A stretch of DNA of 63,843 bases, the filler included, from Chiloscyllium plagiosum (lineage: Eukaryota): NCBI RefSeq assembly GCF_004010195.1. It is 6 parts of one record of this genome, joined end to end, with 100 filler letters (N's around TTAATTAATTAA, not from the genome) between each part and the next. Parts side by side here need not be neighbours in the genome. Positions count along the whole stretch, not along the records: positions 33,774 to 57,101 come from NC_057717.1; 5 more parts are not named here. One strand, 5' to 3'. The translations under genes and the position numbers were made by a program. The notes beneath the pieces are model-generated. The model was given only the letters and a program-made list of their open reading frames with translations. It made no database searches and was not told the origin of the DNA. Positions 39,535 to 52,960 of this stretch are shown piece by piece (positions within the stretch are counted from its first letter, which is position 1; every line of letters starts with the position of its first letter).

Positions 39535-40460
39535 AGGGAAAAGACCTTGTGTATTTACCCTACCCATGATCCTACTGATTTTATAAACCTCTATAAGGTT
39601 ACCCATCAGCATCTAATGCTCCAGGAAAAGCAGTGTATTCATCCTCTCCCTGTAGCTCAAATCGTCCAACCCTGGCAACATGCTTGTAATTCTTTTCTGA
39701 ACCGTTTCAAGTTTCACAATATTGTTTTGATAGGAAAGAGACCAGAATTGCACGCAGTATTCCAAGCGTGGCCGAACCAATGTCCTGTACAGCCGCAATA
39801 TGACCTGCCAACTCCTATACTCAGTGCTCTGGACAATAAAGGGAAGCTCACTAAACACCTTCTTCACTATCCTATCTACCTGCAATTCTGCTTTAAGGAG
39901 CTATGATCCTGCACTCCAAGGTCTCTTTGTTCAGCAGCATTCCCGAGGGCCTTACCATTAAGTGTATACACCCTGCTAATATTTGCTTTTCAAAAATGCA
40001 GCACCTCACATTTATCTAAATTAAACTCCATCTGCCAGTCCTCAGCACATTCAACCATCTGATCAAGATCCTGTTGTAATCTGAGGTAATCCTCTTCACT
40101 GTCCACTACACCTGCAATTTTGGTGTCATCTTACTAACATTACTTCCTATATTCAAATCCAAATCATATATATATAAGTTATGAAAATTAGTGAATCCTG
40201 CGCCTATCCTTTGTGACACTCCACTGGTCACAGGTCTCCAATCTGAATAGCAACCTTCCATCACCACACTCTGTCTTCTACCTTTAGATCGGGTTCAGAG
40301 TTTGGTAACAGCGGCTTTGAAGAGGCTGATTAGAAAATATGCCCAAGCCACCAGGCCATACTGTCTCCCAGCTGTCCCCGCCTGAACCTCTAACTTTGTT
40401 GTTACTTCAAAAAAATTGACCCAAGTTCATGAGACGTGATTTCTCACACACAAAGCTGTT
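39535..40460 (-). mobile_element. CR1 RT fragment, interrupted at 40287-40395
   Basis: LRLYRTLVRPRLEYCVQFWS...KLETVQKRITSMLPGL on the minus strand. Confidence 0.9.
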
Positions 40461-41614
40461 ATTAATATCCAGGACTTGACTCTGTACATTGGGGTCTGTG
40501 TCACCCAGTTATGGGTGTTAATGTTCTGGATAAAGTTCACGTCCACCAGCTTTGTGTTAGTGACTGTGTTGAGTCTTGTTAATAACACCAATGCCGGTGA
40601 GTTCCTTTTGAAACGCAGTCCCTACATCCCTAACCCCCTCCCACCTGCTCTGTCTCCTCCATCCCCACCGTAGACAGTAAGTGGGAGGAGATCATGGAGT
40701 TTCCATGTGAGTGAGATTGAGAACATCTTTCCTTCTTTCCGTTAGCCCACCAAGAAATGGTGGTAGTGTCCTTACCTGTGGACCAAGAGGATCGGGTTCA
40801 GAGTTTGGTAACAGCGGCTTTGAAGAGGCTGATTAGAAAATATGCCCAAGCCACCAGGCCATACTGTCTCCCAGCTGTCCCCGCCTGAACCTCTAACTAG
40901 AACCTTCCTGTAGTTTATCTCCTGTCAGACTCTCCCATTGTTCAGTTTGTCCAGGATCCCCTCCTGCTGCTGCACTGCTCCTGTCCCTCACTGACCTGTC
41001 CATCCCCAAGTGTCCTCCACATTCATTCATTGGTTACAATCCCATTGTCCCAGTCCTCCAGTCCCACCCCCTCCACCCTATTGGGCAGCAGCTGCTGTCA
41101 ATCACCCAGGCTCCTGTGATCTGGAGTACGTGCTGTCGGAGGGGAGACCAGTGCACGGGCGCGGTGCTGGCCAATTGTTGGTGGGTCAGTGCCAGGGAGG
41201 GAGGCTGTGGGTGTGTGGGGTTAATCTGTCATTGGCAGCTTCCTCCCTCTGAAAGCAGGACCCAGGGGAATGGCCCCTCCCCTGTTATCCTAACGAATGG
41301 TCAAAGTATCAATGGGGAAGCATTTTGCAGAAAGTTATCAGACCTCTTGTGAAGATTCAGGAATGTTATGGAGAGGGACAGGGCTTGTCCTGTAATTAGA
41401 GTTCTAATCTGTTTCATTTTAGTTCAACCAGATATGATTTGGCCAGTGTGTGCAGACAGGAGATAGGAAACTGAATTCAAAGAGAGGAGAGAGTGTTAGA
41501 ACTGGGTGTGAAGGGAAGGGAAAAATCAATGTGAGTCTGACCAGGAAGGAAACCCTGGGAGGTGGGGGGAGGATTCACAAACACCCGGGAGGCTCTGAGT
41601 CAGACTCATTGATT

Positions 41615-41912
41615 TGTTTAGATTTCCTACAGTGTGGAATCAGGCCCTTTGGCCAAACCAGTCCACACCGACCCCACGAAGAGCAACCCACCCAGACCCA
41701 TTTCCTTCTGACTAAAGCACTTAACACTATGGGTAATTTACCGTGGCTAATTCACCTGACCTGCACTGTCAGTCTTCGGATTATGGGAGGAAAGCGGAGC
41801 ACCCGGAGGAAACCCACGCAGACACGGAGAGAATGAGCCCAAGGCTGGAATCGAATCTGGGACCCTAGTGCTGTGAGGCAGCAGTGCTAACTACTGTGCC
41901 ATCGTGCTGCCC
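41615..41912 (-). mobile_element. HE1-type tRNA-derived V-SINE, nearly full length
   Basis: Minus strand begins GGGCAGCACGATGGCACAGTAGTTAGCACTGCTGCCTCACAGC (A box), AGATTCGATTCC (B-box-like), V-domain GCGTGGGTTTCCTCCGGGTGCTCCGCTTTCCTCCCA, CR1-like 3' tail AAGGGCCTGATTCCACACTGTAGG. Confidence 0.9.
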
Positions 41913-42589
41913 CTTTTATTGGTTCTTAGTCTGCAGACAGGAGCTAGGAAACTGAATACAAAGAGAGGAGCGAGTGTTAGAACTGGGTGTGGAGGGAAGG
42001 AGTGAGTAGATTGGTTTGGATTTCAGTTCACAGAAGAGAGCAATTGTGAGACTGAGATTTAAAGCTTGGGGGNNNNNNNNNNNNNNNNNNNNNNNNNNNN
42101 NNNNNNNNNNNNNNNNNNNNNNNNNNNNNNNNNNNNNNNNNNNNNNNNNNNNNNNNNNNNNNNNNNNNNNNNNNNNNNNNNNNNNNNNTATCATTGGCCT
42201 TTTCATTTGGAAGGAAAGGTGTGTATTCTGTCCGTGGGCGAATATTTCAAATGTCAGTATGATTGGAAAAAGTACAGCCAAATCCATGTTAGCATGGTGA
42301 CTGTGGAGAGAGAGTTCATTTGTTTTTAAAAATCTGGAAAAACATGGCACATTTCCCAGGAACAATTAAGCTACAGATTTGTTTTGTATGAGGACAAGTT
42401 GTAAAATAATTATGCAACCAGAAAGTCACAAGGATACCTGCAGCATTGAAAATACTATGAAAACGGGATTGTTGTAAAGGAGTTAATTATCGATCATGGT
42501 TTGTAATCCATTGGCGTTGTCATGTCAGTTCCAATGCCATGGCGAAACTCTGGGGATGTGATGAATGCAGTGTATGTTTCAGTTATTAA

Positions 42590-44350
42590 ACTGTAAAAAG
42601 GTGCAGAAGAAATTTACAAGGATGATGCCAGGTCTCAGGGGTCTGCGTTAGAGGGAGAAGTTGGACAAGTGAAGATTTTTTTTTGTTTAGAGCAGTGGAA
42701 ACAGAGGGGAGATGTTTCCTGGAAGTGTATAAGATCATGAGAGGCTTGGGTAAGGTGAATGCACTCAGTCTTTTTTTCAGGAAATTAAAGACTGGAGGGC
42801 ATCAGTTTATGGTTAGAGGTTAAATTATGAAAGGGAACCTGAGGGGCACTGTTTTACACAGACGATGGTATGTATATGGACTGAGCTGCCAGTGGAAATG
42901 GTTGAGGTGGATACATTAACAATTTGTAAAAGACATTTGGACAAATACATGGATAGCAAAGGGTCAGAAGCAGATGGGCCAAGTGCAGGGAAATGGGGTT
43001 AGCGTTCTGCTGTAGGACTCTGACTCCAAGTATATTTACTATTTCTCCCGCTATCTCTGGTAGTACCCTGGGATGTATTCCATCAGGGCAAAGAGACTTG
43101 TCCACCTTTAGATCCATTAGCTTGCCCAGCTCTAACTCTCCCGTGCTAACAGTTATTTCTAGGTCCTCACCTTCCTCAGTCTCCTTGTCAATTACTGGCA
43201 TGTTCTTCGTATCCTCCACTGTGAAGTCTGACTGCTGTGTACTCATATTCCTAAATCCTGCTGAATAGGAATAACTAGGTACAGAACTCTGAGAGGTCTT
43301 CTTCTTTGAGTCTTTTATTGATGAGACATGGCAGTTACCTGGATAGTGTACATGCAGAACACCTCCAGGCAGCATCAGGTAACTCCCTGCCTGTCCGATG
43401 TACCACTCCCATTCTTATACCTTTGTGGTTTGTGATTTTGAATGGACGCTGTCTCTCAGTATTATCTCCATGGCAATGGCAGTTCAAAAGTAGAGTTCAG
43501 CTCAGCACTTTCATGTTAAACCACATACCCTCCCCCACGCCCCTGTGGCTCAGTCAGGTATCTGACAGGCACTTCAGTTTCAGTGGGGCTGTCTGTCAGG
43601 ATTCTGATGTGGAAGAGCCGGTGTTGGAGCGGGGTGGGTAAAGTTTAAAACCACACATCACCAGGTTATACTACAACAGGTTTATTTGGAAGTACAAGCT
43701 TTTGGAGTGTGCTGTGATTTNNNNNNNNNNNNNNNNNNNNNNNNNNNNNNNNNNNNNNNNNNNTCACCAGGTTATAGTACAACAGGTTTATTTGGAAGTA
43801 CAATCTTTTGGAGTGTGCTGTGATTTTTAACTTGATCAGGATTATCACTATGGTAACAGTTAAGTGCTTCAACAATTACAGAGGCCATATGTTCCCCACA
43901 CAATAGGTTCCCCTCTCGCAGTGTAAACTGCTATTCTGGCCCTGGGGATAGCTACTGATCACTTTTCTCCCCCAATCCCATCTAGCTTTCTGTTGATCTT
44001 TAAAGGTTTTCTAATCTCCTAGTTTCTCCTTGGTCTTTGCCAATTTGTATGCTTTCAATTTCAATTTGATAGACTCCCTTATTTCCTTAGCCACCCATGG
44101 CAGATTATACAATTTCCGACAGTCCTCCCTTTTCACTGATATATACTTTTGCTGAACAGTTTGAAAAATTCTTTGATATTCCTCCACTGTCTGTCAACTG
44201 TCCCACCCTAAAGTCTTTGCTTCCAGTCTACATTAGCCAAATCCTGCCTCATCCTATTGTTGTCTCCTTTGTTTAAGCACAGGATCTTGGGTTTGTTTTT
44301 AATCATCCCGCTTTCCAACTGTATTCTAAATTCAACCAGACTTATCACAA
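42590..44350. mobile_element. Decayed CR1 fragments, both orientations
   Basis: LKVDKSLCPDGIHPRVLPEIAGEI (minus); plus-strand CR1 3' region 42600-43000. Confidence 0.7.
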
Positions 44351-44532
44351 GTCTTTTCATCAGATTACAAGGTGAGGCTATGTTACCTCGGTGTTTTGGT
44401 TTTCATTGTCTGAGACCTTGGCTTTGTAATAAAGTACGGGATATATATTCTCAACAAAGTATTCTGGACGGTGTGAATAGTACGGCACAGTCTAAAACCA
44501 TAAATCACTGTCTTCCCTCAGTTTACATGATT

Positions 44533-44697
44533 TGGAGATGCCGGTGTTGGACTGGGGTGTATAAATTTCAAAATCTCACAACACCAGGTTATAGTCCTTC
44601 AGGTTTAATTGGAAACACACTATCTTTCGGAGAGTTGCTCCTTCATCGTGATCCAATTAAACCTGTTGGACTATAACGTATTGTGTGATTTTTAACT
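44533..44697. mobile_element. Short inverted-repeat PLE-derived element with degenerate hammerhead; relatives at 11085-11180 and 43610-43830
   Basis: CACAACACCAGGTTATAGTCC..CAGGTTTAATTGGA is mirrored by TCCAATTAAACCTGTTGGACTATAAC..TTGTGTGATTTT; minus-strand centre GATGAAGGAGCAACTCTCCGAAAG. Confidence 0.65.
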
Positions 44698-46319
44698 CCC
44701 TTCAGTTTAAAATTGCAAAATCATTATCTCCTACATGCCTCTGCACTAAGTTTGGAACGCTAATCNNNNNNNNNNNNNNNNNNNNNNNNNNNNNNNNNNN
44801 NNNNNNNNNNNNNNNNNNNNNNNNNNNNNNNNNNNNNNNNNNNNNNNNNNNNNNNNNNNNNNNNNNNNNNNNNNNNNNNNNNNNNNNNNNNNNNNNNNNN
44901 NNNNNNNNNNNNNNNNNNNNNNNNNNNNNNNNNNNNNNNNNNNNNNNNNNNNNNNNNNNNNNNNNNNNNNNNNNNNNNNNNNNNNNNNNNNNNNNNNNNN
45001 NNNNNNNNNNNNNNNNNNNNNNNNNNNNNNNNNNNNNNNNNNNNNNNNNNNNNNNNNNNNNNNNNNNNNNNNNNNNNNNNNNNNNNNNNNNNNNNNNNNN
45101 NNNNNNNNNNNNNNNNNNNNNNNNNNNNNNNNNNNNNNNNNNNNNNNNNNNNNNNNNNNNNNNNNNNNNNNNNNNNNNNNNNNNNNNNNNNNNNNNNNNN
45201 NNNNNNNNNNNNNNNNNNNNNNNNNNNNNNNNNNNNNNNNNNNNNNNNNNNNNNNNNNNNNNNNNGCAATGAACAACGGACCCTAATTTACATCAATGAT
45301 ACCAGAAAGAGTCCTTGCTGTTTCAATATCGCAATCATAGTGCCACAGTCAAGCAAATGAGGGGATTGTTTCTCCAAAAAAAAAATTCAACCACACGGAC
45401 AGAACGATGCCATTTAGCCCCAGGAGTCTGACCACAGCTTAATAACATTCTTTGTTCTGCTTAAAAGTTACAACAAATGCAAAACATTAACTCTGCTTCT
45501 CTCTCTCGACATTAGCTGCCGGTCTGTTTCAAATTTCCAGCAGCCACAGCATTTGTGTTCATTTTAGTAGCATCATCATTAACTTTTCAGAACTCACCCA
45601 GTTTCTGCAACATCTTTTGATCCACTTAGTATCGCAAACATTGCAAATTATTCTCTGGAATGTAGTCACTGATTCCGTTCTTGAGGTGGAAATGATCACA
45701 GACTCCCAGGTGTTTGAGTGAAGTCATTTCTCCTTATTTCAGTCACTCAGGCTGCTCTTCAGTCCTGAGACTGTGACCCATTGTAGATTCCTATCAGCAG
45801 AGACAGCTGCCAACATCAACCCTGCCAATCTCTTTGATAATAATATCCAGTTAAATGAAAACACTTCTTATTCACATGCAGTACTCACCCACTTAGTCCC
45901 ACTTTAGAAACAACCTCCAGTCCCAGGAATGAGTCAGTGCCCTTCTGTTACAAACACTCTGATGGCAGCGTGATGGCAGCGTGTGCTTCCTTCAGGGAAG
46001 AAAACAAATTTGCACCCATCTGTGTCCATCTGACTGCGTGGGGTTCCACTAAGTGCATTAATGGAAATCACATTGGAAAACCAAACCCCATTCCAGGTGT
46101 TTAAATCACTTCGTGCAGAATTTACAGACAAAGGAAATCTGCGTTAGCGGGAGCATAATCTTATTAGTGACAGTCTGTTGCACACAGCAACATGATCCTC
46201 TCACAAACACAAGCCATTGTTTTATGTTGAAATTGAAATATGAAGCCAAAAAGGTCATATAAACAATCTGCTGATTGTCACTTTAATAAATAAACTTGCT
46301 GATAAAGTAATGCTCAATT

Positions 46320-47091
46320 TGTTATAAAGTTGAAGGTGAGAGAGAGAGAACGCTCTTCTGAACTGAGAGCTTACAACTCCCTGTGTACTGTATATGACTG
46401 GCCAGCAATCCCAGAGTGAGCTGGGAAAGCAAACAAATGTGACATTTGGCTGTGAAATATAGACCTGAGTTGGTTGCTGTTTTGACAATAATTCAAATTT
46501 AACCTATCAGTTTAAATTATACCCCAAGATTCCAAAACCCAATCGAATTTGAATTTGCTTTGCCAGCATCAAGCCAATGAGATGATCTAATGGGGGCAAT
46601 TAAAATGCAGACATTTTAAAAACTGGTCAGAGAGTAACTGCTGTCTGAGAGAGATAACATCTTGCTCATCAAGAAATTAGGAAAGTCCTTCAATCAAAGG
46701 GTAACTTTTCATATGAAACATACTCAGAGTAAAAGAAGACAACGACGACCCAGTGAGTTTCTCCACCAGAAGCAGAAAGATACAAAAGACACGAGTCACT
46801 GTGTGGGTTTGAAATTAAATTGATGTAATTTTAATAAGTGTCTTATTGAAATAACGTATAGTTATAGAGCTGGAGGCAGATAATAAGCAGTGAAGAGAAA
46901 GGGAGAGCTTAGATTTATGAATAGTTGTTTAATATTCACATTTCGAGTTAAAAATAAATTGATGCTATTTTCTTTAAATAGTGGAATTTGTGAGTTTTGT
47001 GTCACTCAGACTTTAACAGATTATGTGGGGAGGTGAACTTTTCTGGGTGTTTGGTTTAATTAACAGAGGGGTTCACCGTCATGTTGTAACA
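46320..47091 (+). mobile_element. Possible solo LTR (~770 bp)
   Basis: Termini TGTTATAA...TTGTAACA (7/8 inverted match), CCAAT near 46573, AATAAA near 46953; no target-site duplication confirmed (a CR1 tail abuts the 3' end). Confidence 0.4.
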
Positions 47092-50000
47092 AAAGAAACA
47101 CAACAAAGAACAGCACAGCACAGGAACGGGCCCTTCAGCCCAGAATGTTGTGCTGAATGTGACACCAAATTCAACTCATCCTTTCTGCCCTTCTTTGTTC
47201 CATATCCTTGCATATTCACATGCTCACCCAAAAACACCTTAAACACCCCTCTCATATCTGCCTCCTCCACCGTCCCTGGCAGCATGTTCCAGATTCCGAC
47301 CACTCTCTGTGGAAAACATATTACCCCTCACATCTCCTTTGAGCTCTCCCCCTCTCACCTTAAATGCACGTTCTCTAATAAAAGATATTTCAACTCTGGG
47401 TAAAGCATTTTGACCGTCAACCCTGTGCATCTCTTGACGCTGCGCTGACTGTCCCTAATTCGGCCATTTTTACCAAATGCGCATAAATCCTCTCCGTAAG
47501 AATTCTCTCCAAAGCTTCCCAACCACTGAGGTGAGACTCGCCGGGCTATAATTTCCTGGATTGTCCCTATTTCCCTTCTTGAAGAGGGGAACTCCATAAG
47601 CTACTCACAACTCCTCTGCGACCTTCCCAGTGGCGAGCGAGGATTCAAACATTTTGGCCAAGACCCCAAAAATCTCCTGTCTCGCCTCTCTCAATAACCT
47701 GGGGTAGATACCATCGGGCCCTCAGGATTAATCCACTTTAATGCTCTTCAAGAAATCCAACGCTTCTTTCTCGACCTCAAAAATGCACGAGCACATTTGC
47801 ATGCTCCACACAAATCTCACTATCCTCTATATCCTTTTCCTGGGTGAATGCCGATGCAAAGTACTTCCACTGACTTCAAGCACAGGTTCCCTCCTTTAGT
47901 CTTGACTGGCTCGACCTTCTTCCTAGTTACGTGGAAGCTGTGGAAAGGGTTCAGAGGAGATTTACTGGGATATCCCCTGGTATGAAAGGAAGGTCTTACA
48001 AGGAAAGCCTGAGGGAATGGAGGCGTTTTAGTTGGAGAGAAGAAGGTCGAGCGGTGACTTAATTGAGATATATAAGATAATCAGAGGGTTAGATCGGGTG
48101 GACAGGGAGAGCTATTTTTTCCGCGAATGGTGAAGGGGACATAGCTTTAAATTGAGGGGGGAATAGATTTAGGACAGATATGAGGGATACTTTCTTCACT
48201 CAGAGCAGTAGGGGCCTGGAACGCCTGCCTGCAACAGTAGTAGAATCGCTGACGTTAAGGGCATTTAAATGGGCATTGGACATACATATGGGTAATATTG
48301 GAAGGGTGTAGGTTAGATAGGCATCAGATTATTTTCACAGGTCGGTGCAACATTGAGGGCTAAAAGGCCTGTACTGCGCTATAACGATCCATGTCCAAAT
48401 CCTCTTATGGGTAATTATCTCCAGAACGATTTGGGATTCAATTTAACCCTGGTTGCGAAGGGCATGCTCTTCCTTGCTCTGCTCATTCCCTGTTTAGGTT
48501 CCTTCGATCGTTTGTTTTATACATTCCTCACATGCCATGCCAATTCTAGCTTCCCAAAATTTGCATAGACTTGTTTTTTTCCCTTTTGACGAAATTCTCA
48601 GCCCCCCTCATTATCCATGGGACCCTTACATTGCCAGCCTTGTTCCTCCTCCTTACTGGAACATGCTTTTCGTGACCTCCGATCAGCAAGCCTTTAACTA
48701 ACTCCCACGTGCCCAATGTGGTATTGTCTGATGACAGCTTCTCCCAATTAACACTCCCTAGCTCCTGCTTAATACTGACATCATTTGCAATGCCACAATT
48801 TAGAAACATCCCATGTGATCCTGACCTTATCCTTATTCGTAGCTACCTTTAAGAAAAACTTGAGTTGTGATCACTGTTTCCAGAATCGTCTCCCACTGAA
48901 AAGTCAGTCATCTGGCGAGGCGCATTCGGCAAAATAAAGTTCACTAGGGACCTGCCCCCTCCTTACTGTTTCAAGAAATCGTCTTGGATACACTAAACAA
49001 ACTCTGCACCGTCTCATCCTCTTGCTCTAAAGTAAGCCAGCAAATGGTGGGGAAGTTAAAGTCACTTTGAGAACTCTGTTGTTATTGCCTCTTTCCATAA
49101 TCTGCCGAGATATTTGTACCTCGAGGTATCGTTGGCAGATTGGGGGTCCTATAGTATAATCCCATCAACTGTATCCTTCTTATCCACGTTGCCTCAGTGG
49201 GCGAGCCCCTCCAGTATGTGCTGAGTGCAGACGTAACATTCCTCCCGATTGGTAATGCAACTCCTCCACGTCTTTTATCCTCCTTTCCATCTCGTCTGTA
49301 ACAATGAAACCCTGGAATATTGAGCAGCCAGTCCTGTCCTTCTCCGAACCAAATCTCTGGATTGGCCACAGTATCGGATCTGAGCTTAACTCCCTGAGCT
49401 ATGTTACACCTTGTGTTGAAATTAACACAATCAGCCCATTTGAACTATGGTGTTCATTTCTCTGTATTTCTTTTCTGACTGGCTTGTTTACATCTTCCGA
49501 CCTTCCTTCCTACCCCCCCCTCCCCCCACCAACGTGAAAGCCTGCTGCTGTGGTTCCCAGGCCCTTGTCATTCTAGTTTAAACCCTCATGGGTAGCAGGA
49601 GTGTGCCTCCCTGTGAGGATATTGGCTCCCCTCTAGTTCAGGTCATCCCTGCTCCAGAAGTGGTCCCAATGGTCCAAGATCCTGAAACTCACCCCCTGTA
49701 CCAGTTCTTCAGCCATGCATTCATGTCTGCTATCTTTCAATTCCTTGTCTCACTACCACAAGGGGCTGGTGGTAACGCAGTGATTACTACCCTCAAGGTC
49801 CTGCTTTTCAGTCGTTCCCTATTTCATGTGCTTACTCCTCAGAATTTCATCCCTCTTTCTATCCGTGTCGTTGGTAGCAATGTGCACCATGACCTCTGGC
49901 CTCCCATTCTCCCAATTCAGAATTTCAAGCAAATGCTCAGAGATATCCTTGACCCAGGCACCAGGGATACAATACCCCATCCTGGAATCTCGCACGCAGC

Positions 50001-50550
50001 CACAGTAACACCTGCCTATGCCCCCAACTAGTGGCTCTCCTCACATTTTCACTCCCTTGGATTTTGCCCGACCTTGTTTTACAGCAGAGTCAGTTATAGA
50101 GTAATAGAGTCTTACAGCATGGAGACAGGCCTAGGGGCCAGACTGATCCCTGGCAACCATAATGTCCATCCATGGCAACCCCATTTCCCTGCCCATGCCC
50201 CGTATCCTTCTAATTCTTTCCTATCCATGTATTTGTCCAAATGCCTTTTAAATGTTGTTAATGTACCTGCCTCAGCCGCTTCCACTGACAGCTCATTCCA
50301 TATGCGTATCAGCATCTGTGTAAAAAAGTTGCTGCTAACGTTCCCTTTTATTCTTTCCCCTCTAATCTTAAACTGATACCCTCTAGTCGTCAATTCTTCA
50401 ACCCTGGGAAAAAAAGACTGAATGCATTCACCCTATCCATGCCTCTCATGATCATATACATTTCTATAAGATCTCCCTTAAGTCTCCTATGCTCTGAAGA
50501 AAAATGTCCCAGCTTGTCCAACATCTCCCGATAACTCAGGCCATTGAGTT
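47092..50550 (-). mobile_element. Long fragmented CR1 region on - (3' end, ORF2 endonuclease, ORF1) with a nested + strand CR1 3' end (~47930-48390)
   Basis: EGQDWLLNIPGFHCYRRDGKEDKRRGGVALPI; TRGYQFKIRGERIKGNVSSNFFTQ...WNEL; LSYREMLDKLGHFSSEHRRLKGDLIEMY. Confidence 0.85.
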
Positions 50551-52027
50551 GTGGTGTTATAGACCTGGCTACCGCTGTTGTACTCCCCTGAGAAGCTATC
50601 CCCAACAATAAACCAGCTCTCCCTCCTAACCATCCCCCATCCAGCCCCTCAATACACCAAATGTTTCTCCTTAACCATCTCCCGTCCACCCTCACAATAT
50701 ACCAGCTCTCCCTCCTCAAACATCCCCCATCCAATCCCATCTTTGTCTCCTGTATGCTCCTCAGTGGGTCCTGCTTTTGCTCCAACCCAACGACACGGTC
50801 ACCCACCTACCTGACTGAACCTGGGTGTTTGGAGAGGGCAGGATCATGGGTGTATTTAAACACAATGAATGGAATTCTGAAATTACATTTGGACTGAATG
50901 TAATGTGGAGCCGCGTGAAATTGAGGTGGATGACTTACGTAACTTGCTGTAAGGATACTGACAGTAGAATCTGAGGTGATCATGAGTATATGTAGGCAGA
51001 ATATGGGAGACAAGCTGGGACGGTATTGGAATAGTCACGGTAACAGGGAACAAATGCTGAATGGAGGGTTTCAGCAGCTGATGGACTGACACTGAGGTGA
51101 GCCATCAGAAACTGAGCAAGTGACCATCATCTAATAGGACAGAGATACTGATCCATCAGCCTGAAACCGACTGACCACGTGGGTGTCAATGAATCCAACA
51201 CAAGTGAATGGAAACATTGCTCAGAGCCTGTTTCTGTAACATTCAACACAACCAGGAAATGGAAAGTGAATAATGAGCTGAAAAAAAGGTTCTGTTAGAG
51301 TCAAAAGTCATTCAATATTCAGTCACTGAATATTCTAACCTGCAGAAAGGAATCTCCCAGAATCACAGCAGAAGGAGAAAACACGCTTGGCAGAGACAGA
51401 ATGAAGCCACCGCCTGCATCAAAACAGCTCAGAACAAGTGGCTGAATTACCAACCAACTGGCAAGCAATACAGATACTTCAGGAGTTACAGATCGAATTT
51501 AGAATTATTCAGGAAACAGACTTACCAGATACACTGGTCGGTGGTGTGTGCCAAAAATCCATGAAATAGCTTTGTGATGTGCCGTTTTTTTCGTTGAGAA
51601 ATGATTCTTTGTTTTCGCTAAGAAGAGCGTATGTGTAGTTCACTGATCCCTGGATTTACAGACAAAGGAAACCTGATCAAGGACTCACAGGTCAATTACA
51701 CTGTTAGTGACAGTCCATCGCACACAACAACAAAGCCTGTTACACAGAGAACAGAACAGATTCTAGTTTAATAGAGACACTCTCACAATGAACATCTGCT
51801 GCTTTAATAAAAATGTTACCTGTTTGAAGAAAAGGAACATATCACCAATACAGCGAAACTTTTAAACTGCCCAATGTAACTGCGGAGTTTTTAACCAATT
51901 CAGTGATCATTGTTTCTATGTATTTTGAAGCTATTTTGAGCAGTGTATGTATCGTGGGTCAGTGTGCACTTGCTGGACCAAGGGCCTGTTTCCACACTGG
52001 AGGGATTCTATTCAATACAATTGTCAA

Positions 52028-52960
52028 CCTGTCCCACAGCAGGATGGGTAAGGCCCGAGCGGAGTCTGTACTAGGCAGGGGTTGTCTCCCACAGCAGGAT
52101 GGATAAGGCCCGAGGGGAGTCTGTACTGGGAAATGGTCGTGTCCCACAGCAGGATGGGGAAGGCCCGAGGGGAGTCTGTACTGGGGAGGGGTTGTGTCCC
52201 ACAGCAGGATGGGCAAGGCCTTGGACAAGTCTGTACCCGGGATGGGTAATGTCTGAGGGATATCTGTACAGGGGAGGCAATGTTAGGGTGGGTGAGGCCG
52301 GACGGGAATCTGTACAGGGGAGAGTGTGTCCCACAGCAGGATGAGTAAGGACCGAGGGGAGTCTGTACTGGAGACGGGTTGTGTCCCACAGCAGGATGGG
52401 TAAGGCCCGAGGGGAGTCTGTACTGGGGAGGGATTGTGTCCCACAGCAGGATAGGTAAGGCCCCAGGGGAGATTGCACCAGGGAGGGGTTGTGTCCCACA
52501 GCAGAATGGGTAAGGCTCGAGGGGAGTCTGTACCGGGGAGTGGCTGTGTCCCACAGCAGGATGGGTAAGACCCAAGGGGAGTCTGTATCACGGGGGGGTT
52601 GTATCCCACGGCAGGATGGTTAAGGCCCGAGGGGAGTCTGTACCGGGGAGTGGCTGTGTCCCACAGCAGGATGGGTACGACCCAAGGGGAGACTTTACCG
52701 GGGAGGGATTGTGTCCCATGGCAGGATGGCTAAGGCCCGAAGACCTCCTGTACCGGGGAGGGGTTGTGTCCCTCAGCAAGATGGGTAAGGCCCAAGGGGT
52801 GTCTGTACCGGGGAGGGGTTGTATCGCACAGCAGGATGGGTAAGGCCCGAGGGGACTCTGTACCGGGGAGGGTCTGTGTCCCACAGCAGGATTCGTAAGT
52901 CCTGAGGTGAGTTATACCATGGAGGGGTTGTGTCCCAAGCAGGATGGGTGAGGCCCGAGT
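52028..52960. repeat. 55-bp G-rich minisatellite (~16 units), consensus GTCCCACAGCAGGATGGGTAAGGCCCGAGGGGAGTCTGTACTGGGGAGGGGTTGT
   Basis: Unit starts at 52031, 52086, 52141, 52196, 52328, 52383, 52438...52878; degenerate units at 52230-52325. Confidence 0.95.

Noticed and set aside
41840..41912. tRNA gene
   Set aside because: A/B-box region is the tRNA-derived head of the HE1 SINE, continuous with the SINE body.
52024..52884. Cys/Pro-rich repetitive ORFs, or a CRISPR-like array
   Set aside because: Translations of the 55-bp minisatellite; units are contiguous with no unique spacers and there are no cas genes.
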